Shown: positions 52,774 through 61,170 of the stretch, piece by piece
Layout of the letters: every line of letters starts with the position of its first letter
How positions within the stretch are numbered: the first letter of the stretch is position 1
From: a virus
Reading direction: 5' to 3' (one strand)
Virus record (IMG/VR): IMGVR_UViG_3300006735_000002
Location: 17,571-81,570 of that record
Length of the DNA: 64,000 nucleotides
Translations under genes and position numbers: made by a program
The notes under the pieces: model-generated
Seen by the model: the letters and a program-made list of their open reading frames with translations, nothing else
The model's database searches: none
Told to the model about the DNA's origin: nothing

Positions 52774-53372
52774 CAGGTTCCCCAGGCGATGCAGGCGTTG
52801 GCGAGAATCTGTCCGAGGAGAACCAGCCCCTCGGGCGTCAGGAGCGCTTGGTGTTCGACGTTGTCCATGAACACGGGCTCGAAGCATACGCCACTCAGGT
52901 TGCCTGGTCCTGCGTAGATGCCCTTGACGGTGTAGTAGCCATTGGTCCACTCGTCCGGGCTTGCGGCTCGAACCAAGTGACGGCTGATCTCAGGAATCTT
53001 CACGCTCATCTCGGTCGCGACTGCCTTCGCCAGGTTCTCGCCGCCGTGGCTGCGATAGTCGTGCAGCGCGAGGGAGTATGACCCACCACCCGCGTTTAGG
53101 TGGCAAGCCACGTAGGCGCACATGTCGTCGGGGTGAGACTGGGCAATCTGAATCGCCTGCTCGTGCCGGTCGCTGTACCAACCAGAGTCGAGCACGTAGA
53201 CCGTGTGGCCCTGGGCCTCAGCGAGCTGCTTGGCAGCGTTGATGTAAAGCAGCGTGAGGTTGGCCTCACGTTCGTCGAGCTCAACGACACCGTCACCATC
53301 GAGGTCAGCGCCAGCACCCAGGTCATTCTGCCCTGGCTTGCCGTAGTGCTGTCTGTCCAAGATGAGGACCAT
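52773..53372 (-). CDS. Endolysin, N-acetylmuramoyl-L-alanine amidase (Amidase_3)
   Basis: LDRQH, EREAN, ACHLNAG, CFEPVFMDN zinc/catalytic motifs. Confidence 0.85.
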   Translation of the reverse strand: MVLILDRQHYGKPGQNDLGAGADLDGDGVVELDEREANLTLLYINAAKQLAEAQGHTVYVLDSGWYSDRHEQAIQIAQSHPDDMCAYVACHLNAGGGSYSLALHDYRSHGGENLAKAVATEMSVKIPEISRHLVRAASPDEWTNGYYTVKGIYAGPGNLSGVCFEPVFMDNVEHQALLTPEGLVLLGQILANACIAWGT

Positions 53373-53373
53373 C

Positions 53374-53739
53374 TCAGGCTCCAGCGGCGGGCTTTGCGGC
53401 AGCGTCGAGCTTCGCCTGCAGAACTTCATGTCGGCCGTAGAGGCCGCCGACCTTGCGCTCGGTCCGCTCTGAAACCTCAAGAATCTTGGCGGAAGCGTCG
53501 TGGCACTCGCGCATGGAAGACAACCACGCAACCCGGTCCGCGTCGTGCGAAAGCCGCTCGGCCTCGGACTGCTCGATCATGGCGTCGACCTGCGACAGGT
53601 GCTTCACCACGAGAGCCTGCCCAGCGGGCACAACGGTTTCTCGGACGAATCTCGCCGCGTACCAGACCAGCCCAACAAGCAGCACGACGGACGACGCTGG
53701 TCCCGTGAGAAGGCTAATGATTTCAAGATGCTGTTCCAT
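53374..53739 (-). CDS. Membrane protein (holin/antiholin-like)
   Basis: N-terminal TM plus coiled C-terminus, directly upstream of the endolysin. Confidence 0.55.
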   Translation of the reverse strand: MEQHLEIISLLTGPASSVVLLVGLVWYAARFVRETVVPAGQALVVKHLSQVDAMIEQSEAERLSHDADRVAWLSSMRECHDASAKILEVSERTERKVGGLYGRHEVLQAKLDAAAKPAAGA

Positions 53740-53967
53740 TTAACTCCCATAACCAGCGGCGATGAGGGCGTCTGCTACAGCTTGGGCGGTAGGCTTAGCA
53801 TCCGCGGCGAGAAGGTCGGCAGGCAGTCTCGCGATGCGGGCCGCAGCGAGGGCGTTGGCCTCGGCGACAGGGAGCAGTACGACGACTCGGGCATGCGCCG
53901 ATGCGCCGTTCCCGTCACCGTAGTCAATCATCTGCTCAGGAGGGGTAGTTGTCGCGGTAATCGCCAT
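53740..53967 (-). CDS. Small protein following fibre gene A
   Basis: 75 aa ending AGYGS. Confidence 0.55.
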   Translation of the reverse strand: MAITATTTPPEQMIDYGDGNGASAHARVVVLLPVAEANALAAARIARLPADLLAADAKPTAQAVADALIAAGYGS

Positions 53968-53968
53968 G

Positions 53969-55024
53969 CTACGACGTCCTCAGCCGGTAGGCTTGAATCT
54001 TGAACTCGGCAGAACCGACGTAGTTGCCAAACTGAATATGGATGTAGCGTCGATTACCCGGAACTGCCGCTGCCTGATTCGATTGCCAGTCGTTGGGTCC
54101 CGCCGTTCCCAGCTGCTTACCGTCAACAGCCGGAAGAGACGCATTCCCTTGGTCAAACGACAGCTGCACGTAGTCGCCGAGAATGATGCCCTGCATACGC
54201 GTCGGCGTCGTCGTGTAGTTCGTAATCGTGCGCGTGTTTACGTTGGAGAAGTTGGATGGGGCGCTCCTGCATTCGCGCTCAAGCAGCGTCGTTACCCCTG
54301 TAGTACCCAGCAACCACTGAAAATGCTTGGAGTTGTGCGGGATTGTAGTGTCGTCGGCGACCTGCCAGAAGATCGACGCGTTGCTGCCGCCGCTCGCGAC
54401 GTTTGTCGCAACGCCGTTCACGACCCATGGGGAGTCGTCGACGTCGACCCCGAGGTCGATGATCAAGTACGCCTTGTTTCCGCTACCAAGCGTACATGAG
54501 ATGGTGCCTGAAGACATCGCCAGAGCGCTTGGCCCGCTGGTGCTGCGGTAGTCCAAGGTCACCGACAGGCCCCCGACGGTGTGAGCGCCGGCGCCGCCTG
54601 ATCCACCAGACCCACCAGTCGTGAGGAAGTTGTAACTTGTACCAGAAAAATCAACGAGGTCAGCGAGCGTAATACCGCCGCCGGACGCCGCAATCTTGAA
54701 CGAGTGCGTGGCAGTGGCCAAGGTGGCGTTATTCGAGTCACGCGCGGTCAGGGACAACGTCCCAGAGTCACCGTTAGCAGTGTTGCTGAAACTGTAGGCC
54801 CCGAGGCCGCTACCGCTGACCGAAGCCGAACCAGAGGCGTTGGTCACCGAGGAGACGTAGTTGTCGATCCTATTGTCTGGGTCAGTAAAGGACCCAAACG
54901 TCTTCGCTGACAGTGACCCGCCTGCGCTTACAGACTGCGACGTGGCAGCGGGCGGAGTGACGGCTGAGCCACCTCCACCTCCACCGCCTGCGCTGGGTCC
55001 GGGGAATACAGGAGCGATAGGCAT
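53969..55024 (-). CDS. Fibre/receptor-binding-like virion protein A
   Basis: MPIAPVFPG-SAGGG N-terminus, Gly/Ser/Thr-rich Ig-like and lectin-like beta segments. Confidence 0.6.
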   Translation of the reverse strand: MPIAPVFPGPSAGGGGGGGSAVTPPAATSQSVSAGGSLSAKTFGSFTDPDNRIDNYVSSVTNASGSASVSGSGLGAYSFSNTANGDSGTLSLTARDSNNATLATATHSFKIAASGGGITLADLVDFSGTSYNFLTTGGSGGSGGAGAHTVGGLSVTLDYRSTSGPSALAMSSGTISCTLGSGNKAYLIIDLGVDVDDSPWVVNGVATNVASGGSNASIFWQVADDTTIPHNSKHFQWLLGTTGVTTLLERECRSAPSNFSNVNTRTITNYTTTPTRMQGIILGDYVQLSFDQGNASLPAVDGKQLGTAGPNDWQSNQAAAVPGNRRYIHIQFGNYVGSAEFKIQAYRLRTS

Positions 55025-55260
55025 CAGTCGCTCCCGTAGCTTTCGGGGTACCGCGCCAAGAGCTCAACGACGTCGTATAGCCCGAGTCGCTGAAGGTGTG
55101 AGGCAATCACTGGGGTCTGACCGGCGGCGATGCGGGCTTCGATTTCTCCCCGCACGGTGTCCCACACCGCAGAGTCCCACGCAGATCGAACAAGCACGAC
55201 AGCCTCAGACTCTCCCTGAATCGCTGTGCTGACGTCAATGTCCTCACGCAAAACGGTCAT
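55024..55260 (-). CDS. Small protein following fibre gene B
   Basis: 78 aa from MTVLRED, ends ESYGSD. Confidence 0.55.
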   Translation of the reverse strand: MTVLREDIDVSTAIQGESEAVVLVRSAWDSAVWDTVRGEIEARIAAGQTPVIASHLQRLGLYDVVELLARYPESYGSD

Positions 55261-56015
55261 GGTCGGTTCCCTTCGGGCCCAATCGGAGTCTTGATTACCC
55301 GGTAGTAGGCCGCCCACACGTTGGTGTCACCAGCGCCAATCGTTCGCCCGTTGGGGGCGCCCATGTTGAGCTGGAGGTAAATCGTTCCGCTGTACGACGT
55401 CGTCGATCGCTGCTTGAATCCGCCGCCGGTTCCGTCCGAGCGAATGGGCCAGCCAAACGCCTGCCCGACCTTGCCCTTGATATGCCCAAACCGCCCGTAG
55501 CAATAGCGGTTCGCGCTGTTGAACTCGGTAAGCGGGCTCGCGTTGGTGCGTACCTGTCCGAGGAGCGGAACGCCGTCCGTCCGGTCTGGGCTCCAGTACA
55601 TGGCGGCGAGGTTGATCGTGCTCGCAGACGTGTTCGTCGGGCTGCTACTGATGCCGAGCGCAAACTGTGTCCGAGCGCACCCAGAGACGGTCGGGATATC
55701 GACCCAGGTCTCTACGGTCCATCCGACGTCGCTGACCTGCACTGCAGTCCCGTCCGCGTACTTCAGCTCCTGGTAGTAGCGAAGTCCGTCGTAAGTGCTG
55801 CTTCCAGCAAACGCGTCGCTGCTTCCTGCCGTGAAGCCCGCCCACGTAACCGTTGTTGTTCCGTTGCTGACCGCGACGCCGGATGTGCGGCTGTTGCCGC
55901 CTGGGTCACTCGCAGTCCATGTGCCGTCTGTCACGTCAATAGACACCCAGTCCGGCAGCGCCGTAGTGGTGCCACCGCCTGCGCTCGCTCCTGGGAATAC
56001 GGGAGCGATTGGCAT
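55257..56015 (-). CDS. Fibre/receptor-binding-like virion protein B
   Basis: Same MPIAPVFPG-SAGGG N-terminus, different beta-rich body. Confidence 0.6.
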   Translation of the reverse strand: MPIAPVFPGASAGGGTTTALPDWVSIDVTDGTWTASDPGGNSRTSGVAVSNGTTTVTWAGFTAGSSDAFAGSSTYDGLRYYQELKYADGTAVQVSDVGWTVETWVDIPTVSGCARTQFALGISSSPTNTSASTINLAAMYWSPDRTDGVPLLGQVRTNASPLTEFNSANRYCYGRFGHIKGKVGQAFGWPIRSDGTGGGFKQRSTTSYSGTIYLQLNMGAPNGRTIGAGDTNVWAAYYRVIKTPIGPEGNRP

Positions 56016-56437
56016 CAGTCAGTCCAGGTCAGACGGACAAATCCGGTGTCGACGTTGATTTCTCCCGCATCGACCTTGAAGAAGGCGTAGACGGTGTCTG
56101 TGCGAGACAGGTCGGAGTAGGGGATGTCGATGCTGTACGTCGCCGATGCTTCGGCGGAGCTCGTGACCCCGATAGCCAGGGTGGCTTCAGTGTCGGGAAT
56201 GATGATGGGCTGGTCAGCGTCGGCGACCGCGCAAATCCTCATGGTCAACTTGGTCGGACTACCGGACGCAACGGTGACGTCGACATAGAGCGCGCCGAGG
56301 TGGCCCACAAACGGCTGCCCGACAACTCGAGTCGGGTGTGGCGTGTTCAGAACGAGCGGAATGTTCTTCGCCGCCGCAAACGACGTGTTGATTGTATCAA
56401 CGTCTGCGTTTGCGTTGACAACGGTGTAAATGCCCAT
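56015..56437 (-). CDS. Virion structural protein
   Basis: 140 aa beta-rich, ends LTWTD; similar in style to 17615-18064. Confidence 0.6.
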   Translation of the reverse strand: MGIYTVVNANADVDTINTSFAAAKNIPLVLNTPHPTRVVGQPFVGHLGALYVDVTVASGSPTKLTMRICAVADADQPIIIPDTEATLAIGVTSSAEASATYSIDIPYSDLSRTDTVYAFFKVDAGEINVDTGFVRLTWTD

Positions 56438-56476
56438 GATAGACCTCGCAGCCGAAGCATAGCACGGGGCGTAAGG

Positions 56477-57139
56477 TCAGTCCCGGTCTTGGTAGAAGAA
56501 CTGGCCGGCACCTTCGACGACCCAGCTGTCTTCGACAGAGTAGTCGAACTTGTTCTCCTTGAACTGCGGAATCGCATCCTTCTTCAGGATGAACGGGTCG
56601 GTGAAGCTCGGGTCGTGGAAGCAGCAGTAGTTGTTGGGCACCAGGCAGAAGTTGCCGTTGTCCAGGGCGATGAAGTGTCCCTGCTTGTGCTGCCACGGCG
56701 TGTCGCTGTAGCCGTTGCCCCACCAGTCGATCGTCCACAGGTAGCTGCCTCGAACAACCTCACTGCTGCGAGGCAGGCGCACCCACACCATGGCAGGCAG
56801 CCCGCGAAACACTTCGACGCTGAAGTTCTCGCCAAAACAATCCCATGCCTGAAGGTTGCGGAGAGGGATCTCCTTCACCTCCGCAGGGTCAAGCTCGTTG
56901 TTGGCCCCGGTGTGGCACAGCGCACTGATAGGGACGCCAGGACCGGCCCAAGATGCCCCGTTCTCGAGCATCACGTTGAACCCCAAGGCCTTGCCGCAAC
57001 GGCTTCTCACGCCGTACACAGCGGCCTTCATCACGGGGTCATGATTCTGGGGCAGCTTTCCTTGGTAGAAGTACCGCATGCGGACATAGCAGTAGAAGAC
57101 TTCATCGGGCAGGCTTGAGTGCAGAACAGGCAAGGTCAT
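56477..57139 (-). CDS. Conserved hypothetical phage protein
   Basis: YLWTIDW...QHKQGHFIALDNGNFCLVPNN motif recalled from many environmental phages. Confidence 0.7.
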   Translation of the reverse strand: MTLPVLHSSLPDEVFYCYVRMRYFYQGKLPQNHDPVMKAAVYGVRSRCGKALGFNVMLENGASWAGPGVPISALCHTGANNELDPAEVKEIPLRNLQAWDCFGENFSVEVFRGLPAMVWVRLPRSSEVVRGSYLWTIDWWGNGYSDTPWQHKQGHFIALDNGNFCLVPNNYCCFHDPSFTDPFILKKDAIPQFKENKFDYSVEDSWVVEGAGQFFYQDRD

Positions 57140-57648
57140 TTCTCCAGCGATTTGAGGGCTGAGCCTGTATCCTGTAACACACGTGTGTGACGCTGCAGCG
57201 CAAACCGTACCAGGTCGAAGTCTTCTCCGATGTATTTACAGATGCGCTCGATGGTCGAGAGCGAGTAAGGAGTCTCGTACGGGAGTACGAGAGGGTGCAG
57301 CAGCAGGGCGTCCTTGAACCCTTTAGACAGGCTGTCAAACATCCTGCGCTCAGCGAACGGGACGTTTCCCACCGCTTTGCGGTAGCTCGGAACTACTTCG
57401 CCCAGTGGTCGTTCGATCACCACAACGCGGGGCACCATGCGGAGCAGGTCAGGGTACAGCAGCCACGAAGATGAGCAGTCACCGTCGAGGCTGCGGAGAG
57501 CAGCGACGTGAGCTTGCCGCATGGTCCTGTCTTCGTACAGGAAGGACAGGGCGCCCTCGTGAGCGACGACACTACCTCCCTTGTAGAGGTAGTTCGCCAA
57601 CCACCCATGCCCTGAGCGCGGGTAGCCTGTGATGATGAACTTCATCAA
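57136..57648 (-). CDS. Sulfotransferase-like P-loop protein
   Basis: FIITGYPRSG..WLANYL...HE (5'-PSB-like) and VVIERP..VVPSY (3'-PB-like). Confidence 0.65.
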   Translation of the reverse strand: MMKFIITGYPRSGHGWLANYLYKGGSVVAHEGALSFLYEDRTMRQAHVAALRSLDGDCSSSWLLYPDLLRMVPRVVVIERPLGEVVPSYRKAVGNVPFAERRMFDSLSKGFKDALLLHPLVLPYETPYSLSTIERICKYIGEDFDLVRFALQRHTRVLQDTGSALKSLEK

Positions 57649-57968
57649 GACGTTGAGATAACCAGCTTTTTCTTCTTGCCCGACTTCTTGCGCTTCGCTG
57701 TGCTGGAGCGCTTACGGCCAGGGTTGGAGTGCTGGTATGGGATACGCTTCGGCCCCGTCTTGGTCTTTTTGAAGCGCTTCTTCTCCTCCGAACTCATCTC
57801 ACTGGCGGTCTTGGGTGTATCTTTTGATACACGCTTCGACGGCCGGCAGGCGGGGTACTTGCTCTTCCGAGACTTTTCGCTCTTCTGCCGACCGCACGGC
57901 TTGCCGGTTTTGATGTCGACCCACTCTTCCTTGAACCAGCGATCGAGGCCGCCCTTGGTCTTTGCCAT
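57645..57968 (-). CDS. Basic DUF5872-like protein
   Basis: GGLDRWFKEEWVD...PCGR...YPACRPSKRVSKDTPKT. Confidence 0.7.
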   Translation of the reverse strand: MAKTKGGLDRWFKEEWVDIKTGKPCGRQKSEKSRKSKYPACRPSKRVSKDTPKTASEMSSEEKKRFKKTKTGPKRIPYQHSNPGRKRSSTAKRKKSGKKKKLVISTS

Positions 57969-58150
57969 CAGTCCCTCCCGCCAGCCTTGAGCTTCGCCTT
58001 CCTGTATGTGCCGCCGCGCTTCTTGTACTCGCGGACAAGCCATCCGTTGGCGTACGCCGAAGGGTAGACCTTGAACTTCTTCTTCGCCGCAGCTTTTACG
58101 CGGGCGTAGAGAGCCTTGTCAGTGGGCACGTTCTTGGTCTTGGCAGCCAT
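57968..58150 (-). CDS. Basic DUF5872-like small protein
   Basis: ALYARVKAAAKKKFKVYPSAYANGWLVREYKKRGG. Confidence 0.7.
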   Translation of the reverse strand: MAAKTKNVPTDKALYARVKAAAKKKFKVYPSAYANGWLVREYKKRGGTYRKAKLKAGGRD

Positions 58151-58153
58151 GGG

Positions 58154-59158
58154 TCAGCCTCTTCGGCGAGCAGCAAACAGCTGCTCTTCCATCTGTCGCT
58201 TGAGGTCGTCATACCCAGCACGTCGTGTTTCGGTTCCAGGCAGCTCGAAGGTTGCCGTGGACTCGTGGTTCATCACGTCGATCGAGGCGGGGATTTCCTC
58301 AGGAGCGGTTGGGTTGAACTTGGGGTGAAGAGCTCCGACCATCTTGAGGGCAGTCTGGGGGTCTTGTGCCGCGCCAGTCTCAAGCAAGGTCGTGAACATC
58401 GTCAGAGCTTCTTCGTTGTCATCGCCCCAGAGGTCAGGTGCGGTCTGGTCGACCCACTTGACCAGGCCCTGTAGGACCTCCTGGTTGCGTGCCTGCTCCT
58501 GCTCAGCGGCGACGCGCTGAGATTCTTCGAGACGCTGGCGAAGCTGGTCGCGCTCCTGTTCGACGGGGCTCAGCTGCTGGCTGAACTCCTGTGCGAGCTG
58601 TTCGCGCAAGACCCTCTCTGCTGCTTCACGCTCGGCCGTTGCTCCTTCCAGCTTCTGCCGGAGTTCGTCGGCTTCGCGCAGCGCCTGGGTCCCAAGGTCT
58701 TCTCCCGTGTCCAGCCAGCGCTTGTAACGAGAGAGCTCTGAGGCGAGCTGCTGCTCCTTCTCCTCGGCGGCCTTACGGAACTCAGCCATCTCCTGCGTCT
58801 TCTTGGTGAAGCCGCTCTCGAGATGCTTGTACTTGGTCTGCATGCCATCGAGAAGCACGTTGCGGTGCTTTTCGTCGATGCTGTTGAACCACTCGGCCTT
58901 ATTGAGAGAGTCAATCTCGCCGTTCCACGAGACGGCGGTCTCTTCTACGATCCCCGCATCCGAAGATGCCTCCCCCGAAGACTCCGCAGCCTGTGACCGC
59001 GTAGAGGACGGAGTTTCGGGGGAGGCGCTGCCTGCGCCAGAGTCCGCTGAGGCAGACGGTGGGTCTGACTGCGGGGTAGTAGGGGACGCACTCTCTACCG
59101 ATGAAGAGTCATCGGTTGCGCTGACAGCTTCGGGGGTGTTGCTCACTTCGGTTTCCAC
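58154..59158 (-). CDS. Putative capsid scaffolding protein
   Basis: Disordered acidic N-terminus, SGFTKKTQEMAEFRK motif (YTRKTQ-type), coiled coil. Confidence 0.7.
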   Translation of the reverse strand: METEVSNTPEAVSATDDSSSVESASPTTPQSDPPSASADSGAGSASPETPSSTRSQAAESSGEASSDAGIVEETAVSWNGEIDSLNKAEWFNSIDEKHRNVLLDGMQTKYKHLESGFTKKTQEMAEFRKAAEEKEQQLASELSRYKRWLDTGEDLGTQALREADELRQKLEGATAEREAAERVLREQLAQEFSQQLSPVEQERDQLRQRLEESQRVAAEQEQARNQEVLQGLVKWVDQTAPDLWGDDNEEALTMFTTLLETGAAQDPQTALKMVGALHPKFNPTAPEEIPASIDVMNHESTATFELPGTETRRAGYDDLKRQMEEQLFAARRRG

Positions 59159-59177
59159 GATCTACTCCTTCGCGGGT

Positions 59178-59750
59178 TTATGCCATTGGGCCCATGCCGC
59201 CGGGAGCCGGAGCACCCATCGGCGGACCACCCATGTCAGGGCCAGCGGGCATTCCGCCACCCATGTCCATTGGCTGGTTCATCTCGTCCTTCATGGCCAT
59301 AGCGGCCTTCTCGCCCATGCTCATGATGATCTTCTTGAGCATGTCGTAGTTGCCCTTGATCTTGTTGGCCATCTGCTCTGGAGACATGTCTGCCAGGTCA
59401 GCCATTGCCATGGCCTCGCCGTAGACTGCCTGAGCAGTGATGTCGTCGAGGTCGAGGACGTCAGCGAACACCTTGACGGGGTCCGTGGCAGCGTCTCCGC
59501 CAGCCATGTTGGCGTCGTCGGCACCGCCCATCTCGACAGACTCGGTCACGGCGGTCTCTTCGATCTCTTCCTCTCCGCCCATCTTCTCGTCGAGCATGTC
59601 AGCGAGAGACTTCTCTCCACCCTTATCGCCGCCCTTGTCGTCCTTGGCCTCAGCCTTGGGCTTGTCGTCCTTCTCGTCCATTTCTGGCTTGTCGGACTTC
59701 TTGCCCTTCTTCAGGTTCTTGAGCCGCTTGGCGGCGGGGGAGAGAGCCAT
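59178..59750 (-). CDS. Hypothetical head-module protein
   Basis: Met/Gly/Pro-rich tail, between portal and scaffold. Confidence 0.6.
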   Translation of the reverse strand: MALSPAAKRLKNLKKGKKSDKPEMDEKDDKPKAEAKDDKGGDKGGEKSLADMLDEKMGGEEEIEETAVTESVEMGGADDANMAGGDAATDPVKVFADVLDLDDITAQAVYGEAMAMADLADMSPEQMANKIKGNYDMLKKIIMSMGEKAAMAMKDEMNQPMDMGGGMPAGPDMGGPPMGAPAPGGMGPMA

Positions 59751-59758
59751 GATTCACC

Positions 59759-60244
59759 TCACGCGATGTTTTTGAACGAGTTGGCGGTCTTTACGACCTT
59801 GGTACGAGCGGCCTCGACCGCCTTCGACGAAAGGTTACCACGCTCGGCGGCTTCCAGCTTCTTCACAGCACTCTCAACGCGCTGTTCGGCTACGGCGGCT
59901 ACGTCGATGCCGCGCGCCTTGCGGCTGGCGGCAAGCCGAGACTTACGGTCTTCGATGCGACGATCGACCTGCTTGTCAGTAAACGCATCAACCTTGACGT
60001 GCTTGCCGGGGTTCTTGGCTTCGAGACCACGCCGGTAGACTTCGAAGTCTCCGGTCGACATCTCCTTGCCGTCGATGTTCATGGAGCCGAAGCCCGTGAA
60101 CGAAGGCGCGGCTCCGCTGAACCAGCCGATGCGAGTCGGAGCACCGCAGTGCTCGCACGGAGGCGGCCCGTCAGATCGACGGTAGACCTCGGCGGGCATG
60201 CCGTGACCGTTCTCGCAGATGAGGTCGTGAGATACGAAACTCAT
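59759..60244 (-). CDS. FmdB-like zinc-ribbon protein with coiled tail
   Basis: HDLICENGH...PPCEHCG. Confidence 0.65.
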   Translation of the reverse strand: MSFVSHDLICENGHGMPAEVYRRSDGPPPCEHCGAPTRIGWFSGAAPSFTGFGSMNIDGKEMSTGDFEVYRRGLEAKNPGKHVKVDAFTDKQVDRRIEDRKSRLAASRKARGIDVAAVAEQRVESAVKKLEAAERGNLSSKAVEAARTKVVKTANSFKNIA

Positions 60245-61170
60245 TAGTCCTCCGCGCGATCTTTGTAGGGATTGGGGTTCAGCGCCTCGTTAAGGCTGTC
60301 GTACTTGAACGCCGCGCCTCTGCCGAACCGGCCCGCGTTAAACTCGTTCCGCAGGTACGTGTACAAGGAATCGATGCCTGTACTTCTTGGAAGAGGGAAA
60401 CCAGCTGCCGACAACTTGGCGCGGGCCTTCGCTTCCATCAGGTTATCGAACTTTTCGCGTGTCTCGGGGGACATGTCGCTACGCTTACTTGCTCGGTTTT
60501 CCAAATCCATAAGAGCGTCGAAGGCGACGGCGTTGGCCTTGTCGCTGCGACTTACTTCAAAGTCCGCATGAAAAGCTCCTACGCCGGTGTCATCTGGAAC
60601 CAATATCTGGTACGGAGGAGTGGTGTCAGTTTCGGAAAACGCGTAGCGAGTACCCTCTTCAAGCGCATACCCATACGGACGCTTTAAGAAATCTGCGCGC
60701 TCGTCAGGAGCGTCGCTCGGCGGAACTCGGGAGAGCAGGCCCACTTGGTCTACGATCTCTACTTCTCCCGGACCTCTGGTAGGGGTGTGGGGCACGGGCC
60801 GCGCTCCGTACTTGTCGGAGTCACGTTTGCGCATTTGCGGGGGACCGGTAATCGGAACGCCGGCAGATACGAATGGCTGCTCCATGCCTGCGATGTCGGG
60901 ATGCGGCTCTTCAAAGCGGTAGGGTACTCGAGGGTCGGCGTAAGACGGCGTCGACTGTCCTCCGCGAACCGACGCCTCTCCGCGAGATTCTTCCATCTCG
61001 GGGTACGTTTCTCGCAACTTGGCGTACCGTGCTCGCTGCATCGCACGAGCCAGAGCGTCTGCCTTTGTTTCTTCGTATTTGTCGGCCATCTTGTACTCCT
61101 GCCGCGGTGTGGCGTAAACGCTCTTGCCGATGAGGTCGTGAGATACGAAACTCGTTAGTCTTCCGCGCGA
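60218..61170. repeat. 42-bp direct repeat of a gene junction
   Basis: 60218-60259 vs 61129-61170, 2 mismatches. Confidence 0.9.
60244..61089 (-). CDS. Hypothetical protein between the repeats
   Basis: 281 aa, AGGAG RBS, AT-richer codons, ends DRAED. Confidence 0.65.
   Translation of the reverse strand: MADKYEETKADALARAMQRARYAKLRETYPEMEESRGEASVRGGQSTPSYADPRVPYRFEEPHPDIAGMEQPFVSAGVPITGPPQMRKRDSDKYGARPVPHTPTRGPGEVEIVDQVGLLSRVPPSDAPDERADFLKRPYGYALEEGTRYAFSETDTTPPYQILVPDDTGVGAFHADFEVSRSDKANAVAFDALMDLENRASKRSDMSPETREKFDNLMEAKARAKLSAAGFPLPRSTGIDSLYTYLRNEFNAGRFGRGAAFKYDSLNEALNPNPYKDRAED

Larger units (their letters stand above)
54981..56020. repeat. 49-bp direct repeat at the starts of the two fibre-like genes
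   Basis: 54981-55029 vs 55972-56020, 5 mismatches, includes the upstream stop and the ATG. Confidence 0.8.
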
